Of a DNA stretch of 64,000 nt, positions 56,301-64,000 are shown piece by piece. How positions within the stretch are numbered: position 1 is the stretch's first letter; each line of letters starts with the position of its first letter. The notes beneath the pieces were generated by a model, which worked only from the letters and a program-made list of their open reading frames with translations, ran no database searches and was not told the origin of the DNA. The stretch is from Lingula anatina. Taxonomy: Eukaryota > Animalia > Brachiopoda. The stretch is from positions 24,124,401 through 24,188,400 of the forward strand of contig CM120641.1 in NCBI GenBank assembly GCA_051362555.1. Reading direction: 5' to 3'. The translations under genes were made by a program, and so were the position numbers.

Positions 56301-58975
56301 CTGGCAATAAAACAGTCTCAGACTTGTTAAAGGAACAGAGGGGTTATGGCCCCAAGTCAGATGTAGTGAAAAGTTCTGATCGAAGACCAGTTGCTACTTT
56401 GCTGAGGGAAAATCGAGATAAACTCCACCCTGGAAATCAGAAGGTCAAAAAGCTAGAACAGTCCCACAGTGAGACCACAGTAGGACCACAGCCAATGCAT
56501 GCTTCAGGTCAGAGGTCTTCACTCCGCATGTCAGCCATCTTGAAAAATAGTCAGCTAACTTTAAAGCGAAAGAAAGCCCAGGAAGAGATGGACAATGATA
56601 ATACAAATGTCAAAAGACTATGTGCCCCTGAAAACTTGCCTAAACCACCATTGAATCAAAATGCCAGTCAATCTGGAAATTTCAAAGGTTTTGATAGTCC
56701 ATCACAGACAAATTTATCAAGTCATCAGAATTTTAACATTAACATAGCTCAGGGAATTTCCAATCAAAGTCAAACTACAAGCATTCTTTCATCCATAGAG
56801 ATGGATTCATTGTTAGATGACCCTGAACTAGGGTCTCTTGTCAATGCCAATCAGTTAAAAGAAGCTTTCACCTATATTGTGCAATCCAATTCAGAGTTGC
56901 AGGGAGCCAGTGATGGTCCCTATTCAGAAACAAACCTGGAAGATGTGTATCAAAATCAAGATGAGACCGAGGCCAACTATGTCATTCAGTGCAGATCTCA
57001 ACCAGTTTCTCGAGCCCCGAGCACAGAGTTCAAGGAACCACCAAAGACTCCTCTTGGAAAATTTAGACCAGTTCGAACACCTACAGGGGACTTTCACATG
57101 AGATCTCCAGCAGTTTCCCCAACCCCACCATCATTTACGGAGCAAGAGGGCAGATGTGATAGCATCAATAGTCATTCATTAGTTCGTCCCCAGCCTGCCA
57201 GGTCAGGTGCCAGCTTACCACAGCAAGGTGGCACCACAGGTATGCATCCCACAGATGATGCCACATTAATGTCACCGCCCCTGGTTAACAAACCAATCAT
57301 GTCTCGGAGTAGGAGAAGGTCTGGGAACTTGGTGACAAACACCATGGTTGGAGTGCCCCCTACAGTACAGGACCAACAGTCCATGGCCTCTCCACCAGCT
57401 GTCAAAAGAGTCTCATTTCAACAGCAGACTCAACTACAATATCCAGTTGTCAGTAAAACCCCAGCGGACCAAGCATTCTCAAATTCCCTTGCCCAGATGC
57501 TGCAAAATATTCAGCGCCAGAGAAGTGGAGGGTCTCATGCCAAGTTTGACCCTAATCTGCAGAGGCCACTCTACAGCCCTGGCATGTGTCGCTCAGCACC
57601 TGTGTCGGCTGTTCCTTCACCAATAACTTGGGAACCCAGGGAGAGTGCCCCTTCCACCCCAAGAGACAGCCCCATACCTATGGATAACAATTTGTCCAAT
57701 CCTGGAAGCCCTTACATTACACATGGCAACCAGGTGATACAGGTTGTACATCCTGGTTCTAACAGATCCAGTGCCAATAACACTCCAACTTTTGGAATGT
57801 CTCAACAGATGGGCTCCCAAGAGGACATCAGCCCACAGAGCATGGTTTTCGATCAGAATAATGGAACTAACACTTTTGTCAGTTATGACAATAATCCAGT
57901 GGGAAACATGGCCAAACGGCCACCCAGCTATCAGGTTGCTTTGGCCCACCAGATGGCAGCACATTCCCAGGATCAGCAGCGCAGTCGCCATCATTCTTTT
58001 CCTTCATCTCGTGCTAGTATGAGGCCACCTTTCCAAGGCCCAACAGATTTCTCTCGGAATAACATCAACTTCCCTGAAGGCAACATAAGCCAAAGCAATG
58101 CCAATTCACTTCAGCAGCACAAGTTCGCTGCACCAACTGCTCCTTCAAGTTTAATGCTTCGTCAGCGCCACATGTCTGCTGACACAACCATTTCTAGAGG
58201 CACAGACTTTATTGAGGTCATTAATGCATCACAAGCTGAAGAGGCTTATGATTCCCCTTTTTCTCCAGAGATGCAAGCCATCATGGACCAGCAGTCAATA
58301 AACGAGGAGGCTAACTTGCAGCCCAATGACCCAGGGACTGATTCCAGTCTAATTCAAGCTGTGGAGTCTCTGCTTAATTGCAATACAGACCTGGACAGCC
58401 TGCCACAGGAAAGTTCCTTTGACATGACCACAGCAGTGGGCAGTAATGCTAGCAGTGGTGATGGTGAAACTATTAAAAGTTTGCTTCAGGGAAAACTGAA
58501 TGTCACTGCAAATGGTCAAAGCAATAGGGGTCTCCATTTTGCCCAGCAAACAAATTATCAGGCAAGAAGAAATATTACGGGAATGCTGGAATCAAATTGT
58601 GGGTCTTATAATGACAACATCCAGACTACCCCTGGGAATATTCAAAGGAATTTCAGTTCAACTCTCCCTTACAATGATAACTCCAGTGACCAGTATTCTG
58701 ATGTTTCACCAGACATGAATTTCTCTTCAGATCAAATTTCCAATGATGGACAGACCAATTGGATGGCAAACGCTGCCGCCAACCCACCTGTCCCAACTCC
58801 CCCAAACTCCCAGACAGCCTCTCCAAGCTTCAGTGATAACCTGCTTCTCCTGGCTGGGCAGAATCAACAAAAGGTCAACTTCAACTCTCAGTCCAATTTT
58901 GCATTTGTTGATGATGGTAACTGCCAGAGTGAAATGAACTATCCCATGTATCAGGGAAATGGAATGCCCAGTTAG
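47362..58975 (+). CDS. RFX7: RFX5/RFX7-subfamily winged-helix transcription factor; exons 47362-47600, 51110-51262, 53326-53454, 53870-53986, 54467-54554, 54911-55097, 55368-58975; ~1506 aa
   Basis: RFX DNA-binding domain TFTWIKNNYEE...LAKHEVYKDYESYC...ADFGKVFKCVFP...RRLGPRGQSIYYYNGIRKK, then the RFX5/7-type motif LVVCEWAQKLL and a 3.6-kb S/P/Q-rich last exon. Exons 1-2 are assigned by phase only and are less certain. Confidence 0.88.
49697..50052. mobile_element. Second, inverted and diverged copy of the Kolobok-like element at 27105-27441 (RFX7 intron 1)
   Basis: Reverse complement of the copy-1 blocks, e.g. ttttcccatacttaccaatggttaatgaatccattt, acattcaaagttagtccctggttttttt, ggaggtcacgtggtc, atatcagaataatagctataac. 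Confidence 0.85.
52303..52961. mobile_element. Possible ~660-bp TTAA-flanked non-autonomous DNA transposon
   Basis: TTAA|GGATATTGTCAACCTTT...AAAGGGTTACGATGACC|TTAA; imperfect TIRs. Confidence 0.45.
53987..54466 (+). other. U12-type AT-AC intron interrupting the RFX DNA-binding domain
   Basis: Donor ATATCCTTT at 53987. Branch-like GCCTTAAT at ~54450, followed by ...TCTTAC acceptor at 54465-54466. Joining gives RGQS-I-YYYNGIRKK in frame. Confidence 0.92.
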
Positions 58976-59298
58976 AGGTATACTACCTTTTGTTTGTTAT
59001 TACATAAGGCTGGTGAGGCTTTCTGTACTAGAATGTTTGAATAAAAAAGTAGTTTAAATGTGCGTGTGTCACCATGTAACATGAGCTTTAAATTAGGCCA
59101 TATAAATGAAATTGTCATTTATGACTTGGAGCCACAGATTAGTGATGTTAGCAGTCACAAGTCACAAATGGCATTTGTCATTTATGAAACAACAGTGAGA
59201 GGGGGAAAGGTGCAACAAAATCTTGTGTTAAGTGCCGAAAGATGGTGTTTTAAATGCCAAAGCCATTAGTATGACCACTATATACAATTATTGACTTA

Positions 59299-59473
59299 TG
59301 CCCCATTCAGAAGAGGGGACTAACTAGTCCGAGGGTCAAATATGGCGACCCACTACAAAGCTTGCCATCTAATCCGCTAATAGACACTGAATAGATCACC
59401 TGTAGAGAAGTTTTCAAGTGGTTCGGCTATATTTGACCTTCAAACTAGTTAGTCCCCTGTTCTGAATGGGGCC
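59299..59473. mobile_element. PIF/Harbinger-type MITE, 175 bp, in the probable RFX7 3' UTR
   Basis: TIR GCCCCATTCAGAAGAGGGGACTAACTAGT / ACTAGTTAGTCCCCTGTTCTGAATGGGGC, with TTA at 59296-59298 and 59474-59476. Confidence 0.85.
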
Positions 59474-62400
59474 TTAGTCTGAGGGCACCCCTTGGCTAGG
59501 TTCAACTCAAAGCGTGAATAATTGACTGACCCCAGGTCATTCATCCTAGCTGAGGGTTGAACCTGGCCAGATGACTGACACACAAAGTCTATAACTGCTT
59601 TGTTACATGATCATGGATTTTTCAGATATTTAAAATTATTAAGACACAATGAGAACTGTTTTGATGATGAATCTAACTCATGTATTGGTGGTGGTGGATT
59701 GAGTTGACTGGGTCAAAAACCTAAAATAATGGACCTCACTTGACTGCCCCTCAACCAGTTGTCCATCTGTGGTTAACCTTCATAACAATGTCATTAAACA
59801 TCATGACATGCCATGATTATAGGCAATATATGAATTATCAAATTTTTATTTAGACCTATAATTATTGTTTAGATATGAATCTAGAAAAGTTATATTTGTA
59901 TTATAATGAGAAAGTTCGAAACCCTTCGATTTTAGATATCTTAACATATATTTGAACTAAGCTGATTTATGGTTCAAAAACTTAAAAACTGGATGCCATG
60001 TTCATTTTGTTGATATAACAGAGCAAACTTTTTGAGCACAGTGTTATGGTTTATTATTTCAAGTCTTAAAAAGAAATACATGTTTGTGGTAATGAGAAGA
60101 TGAGATAAAAACAACATGAAGAAAATAAGCATTTTTATATGAAAGCTCTATTATTTCAATGAAAAACTTTCTTTTCATGGCTTTACAGGAAACTGCCTTT
60201 TTGTTCATTTACTGGTTCAGTAATGAATACTGAGTCAAGTAGATTGGGAAAGGTCAGTCTTTTTAGCAAATTCAATGTAATCTTGGGAGTTTTTTTCACT
60301 GAGTGTGATTAATTCAGTATTATATGGTATTAAAACTGTTTATCCACAGCAGTAAAGCTTCTGTTGTTCAATTTATTGCTGGGTAAAGATAGTGGATGTC
60401 ACTTGTAATTATGTAATCATATGTATAGCAGATATTCTTTTTAGTTGTATCAGAAGTTTTAGTTTTAACATGTAGTGTTACATATTAAAACCACTATAGT
60501 GCTTTTTGTAAACAATTTATGGTTTTATTAAATACAAAATAATGTATGTAGATAAATATTAATTGATGATATTTAAAACAAGTGTGGAGATAAGTGAACG
60601 GAGATGAGATAAATATCCATAATAGATATGGAATAATAGTTCAGAATGTGGGCATTTTGATTTAAGTCACATTTTATTATATCAGTGCTATTTTAGAGTT
60701 TAGATTTATATCAGTAATTTTTAAGGATTTGACAAGCCCTTTGTACAGCTCATTTGAGGATTATGAGGATGCATCTTGCTCTTTTAATTCCATTTGGATT
60801 CTTTTGAATTTTAAAACAAGCTGGTGTCTGAATCACTAGGATGCATTTAAGCAAAATTATATAAATATCTGTGATATTTGAATTATTTGGGAAAAAAAAT
60901 GGTTTGACAAAATTTAATTGAACAAAAATATAAAGCATATTAAAGCTAGATCTGTATTAAGTTTTAAAGCCAGTACAGATAAACTGAAGGTTGATTTGTT
61001 CTGCCTGTTTACTAGACTGATAGATAAAAATTTGCCTGTTAGTACATAAAGAATGAAACCAAAGCAAATGGGATTGATAATTAGTGATAAGTCTGCAGTC
61101 TGCAATATTAGACACTGGTCTGAAGCAATATCAGTAGATTTAAAGTTAGAAAAGCTAACAAAAATTGATTTTTCAAAGTTGATAGTTCAGTTAAACTGAT
61201 TTTTCTGTATCCTGTATTTGGACAAGTAGGTTTTGATTCAGTTTTCACTTCTCTAAGTGAACAATGGCAAGTCAAGACTGTTTTATTTTTCTTCTTAAGA
61301 TGCATTGCTTAAAGAATGAGACAAGGTTATTATGTATATTAATGTGAATATATATTTTAGCATTAACATGCACTGTAAAGATTTTGAATGTGGGTTGAAA
61401 AGACCAGGAGCTGGCTCCTGGTATCGTATTTTTATCAGATTGCAGAATTTTTATTGGAGAAATGCAGTTTGTGACAGGTTTTCCTCAAAGATGAACTTGA
61501 TTGCATTTGGAATGTCACTGTTGTCTAAATGTGAATGGTATGTGCTTAGTCATTTAGTCCTTTTACACAGGTTGAAGGATTCCCATTGTAAAAGCCTATT
61601 TACGTACCCTAAAATGGCAGATTTTTAAAAAATGATTATATACAGTGCATGATAATATTTTTGCTTTGATATGCATTTAGTGAAGTAACTCTGTAGTTGA
61701 GGTATTATATTCTATTGAATTAGAAATGTGGTAGTTGCTTGTTATTTATGTTTACAGTTGCATTGTGTATACAGTTTTTGAAAAGAAGTCCTTTCATTTG
61801 TCAATGTTGTGAAGAGCAATTAACTGAGCCCTTACTGGTTTAGCATGTGATAGTCCTTGAAAAGGGGAGGGGGGAGAGGTCTCTGTTATGTCTAAATTTT
61901 GATTCTTTTTCAAATTTGATTTTACTGGGACCCCGGGGAACTCTCACACAGAGTTGGTATTTTGATTAAGGGCAGTGTAAGAACAGATGAAAATTCACCC
62001 CTATATATTCATCATGCCAAATCTTTTGCTTTACAGGTTTATCATTTAAACCCCCTCCTCCTCTCTATAAAAAATAGGAGTGTGCTTAACCTAAATGTGT
62101 TCCTTTTAAGTTGCGAGTTGCAACACCATTTTATCCTTGAAATTCTGCTTTCCCACAACTGCCCACCACCCACACCTAACCTCCTACAGGGTTAAATTAA
62201 GGTGTATTCAAGGCAGACATGATAAAGGCCCTTAATTCCTTTTTTGCATGCAGATGTTTGCTTTCTTCCTGTAACGCCCTTCTCTTAAGTTAAAAAGATT
62301 GCTAGAAGTACCAGGCATGCTGAGGGAGGAGGTTGGTTTACAGCAATATCTGAAGCTGTTGGTGCCAGTGTTCTTTTATATGGAAATCCATTGTCAACAG

Positions 62401-64000
62401 ATATTATTGTTGATGAATTATCTAAGCTAAAAGATCTGGTACGAAAGATACATTGCTGTTTTGTTTGATGCTTTCGAATTTTTATGTTGTTAAGTGTTCA
62501 ATTCATTATATTTGTCAGTTATTATAAGGGGTTTTCTAGTATTCTCTATTAAGTTATCTTTTCCAGCTTAGATTGGTGTAAATTTATCAGGATTCAGTAG
62601 ATGTTAACTAATTTGCAAACCTGAAAAAATAGAAGGGATTTAACCCTAAAACAGTAATTAAATACAACTGGAACCATTGGCAACTGATATTACTTGACAG
62701 TTTGTTAACTATTACCATATCACAATAAAGTCAATAGAAACTAGTTTCAAGTTTTCCTTATTTGTAACATCTTGCATGAGGATTAAATTCATATTTTTAT
62801 TTTTTGATAAAGTATTTTATAGATGTCTGAAAAACAAAAGATGCATACCAAGTCAATTTTTTGCCACAAAAGCCAACCAAATGCCAGCATATAGTTTCAA
62901 AAAGTATAACTAAGAGAGTTACCAAGAGGCATTGTATAATTTTACCTGAAAATGTTTGAATGGATTTTTCTGCTAACATTCTATGCTGTATGTCAATAGG
63001 CAGAAAAGTAGGTCACGAAAGTAAGTTAAATTTTGGACCAAAATTTTAAAGAAATGAACAGTTTAAAGCTCTTTTTGGCTGATCGAGTGATCTGTTCAGT
63101 TTATCCCTTCGCATGTCGAATATATTTGACTCGTATAAGAAACTAGTGAAAGTGGTTTATATGTGTTAATGTGAATCCACACTCCACCGATGCTCGGTTT
63201 GTATGTACCTTTAAAAGATGAAAAGTTGGTGAAAGTAAGACTTGAAAATGTGCCAATGTATAACAGTTTTAATAAACTTTAACATGTGTACAATCCCTCT
63301 ATCTTATATACAAAAATGTGTTAGTAAAATATACACTCGAGTGTTTTTAACAAATGTGTTGTTAAAAATACAGTTTAAATGCCTTTAAAAATATAATTGA
63401 ATTCTCATTGAATACATTAGTTGATCTAAGAGTTTCCAGCCCAGCAGTAACCCCTCCCAATTAACTGCACTTAATCTGCACAGGAACTTGAGGAAGCTTT
63501 AAACTAGCTCTTTGCAAAATGAACACATGGTCACAGTGTTGAAGGAAGTAACACTGCTCAAACACCTTGAACCTAAGAGCATAAATGTATACCCATCCCA
63601 GCACTTAAATTTGATGTTTTGTTGTATTACCTTAGTAAGCAGACATGAGTCTAGGTTAAAAAACAAATTCTGAACATTTATCATTCCATGTTTCTGCGGA
63701 AAAAGCTCATGTTTGAGTAAATAGATCACGTTTTGCAGAGATGGCCATCTGTCTTCCTGACATTTCAGCAGGAAATTTCAACATCAGGTACTTTTCTTAG
63801 CTAAAAGTTGGGCTTGACAAAATTAATAATTTTACTTCACTTTCTCCAATCAACTAATTATATAACTGCATTACCCACCATGAAATTGCACTGTGAATCC
63901 ACTGGTGAGGCTAGAGCTTAAATTTGCCCAATTACTGCTTCATTCCTGGAATATACTTCAGCTTGGTCCCATTATGTATTAAGTAAAAAGTGTAGGATTA

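Noticed and set aside
55298-58975. 1225-aa ORF as a standalone intronless gene
   Set aside because: It begins at a TTG in intron-like sequence. The acceptor at 55366-55367 joins it in phase to the upstream RFX exons.

Overview
AT-rich, intron-containing animal genomic DNA, not prokaryotic. It is probably a lophotrochozoan invertebrate such as a mollusc; this is an inference from the antizyme pseudoknot type and the repeat content. Eight spliced genes were reconstructed by hand, each with consistent exon phases: LHFPL2-like (+), GTF2E2/TFIIE-beta (+), ornithine decarboxylase antizyme OAZ (-), DCTN6 (+), ELP6 (+), SPSB3-like SPRY-SOCS box (-), TEX9 (-) and RFX7/RFX5-like (+). OAZ has a UCC-UGA +1 frameshift and a 3' pseudoknot. 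DCTN6 has a U12 GT-AG intron and RFX7 has a U12 AT-AC intron. OAZ/DCTN6 and TEX9/RFX7 are head-to-head pairs about 300 bp apart. Mobile DNA includes a ~3 kb Helentron/DINE-like element carrying 13 copies of a ~146-bp AGGTCA-rich repeat, several MITEs, and a 935-bp foldback element. The foldback has two apparently identical 374-bp arms and an 8-bp TSD and sits just downstream of the antizyme intron-1 donor. Its arm carries an outward-facing ATG-exon-GTAAGC unit that would join antizyme exon 2 directly in the +1 frame, a candidate frameshift bypass. Coordinates were counted by eye and may be off by a few nt. Gene names and human comparisons come from recalled knowledge, not from a database search.
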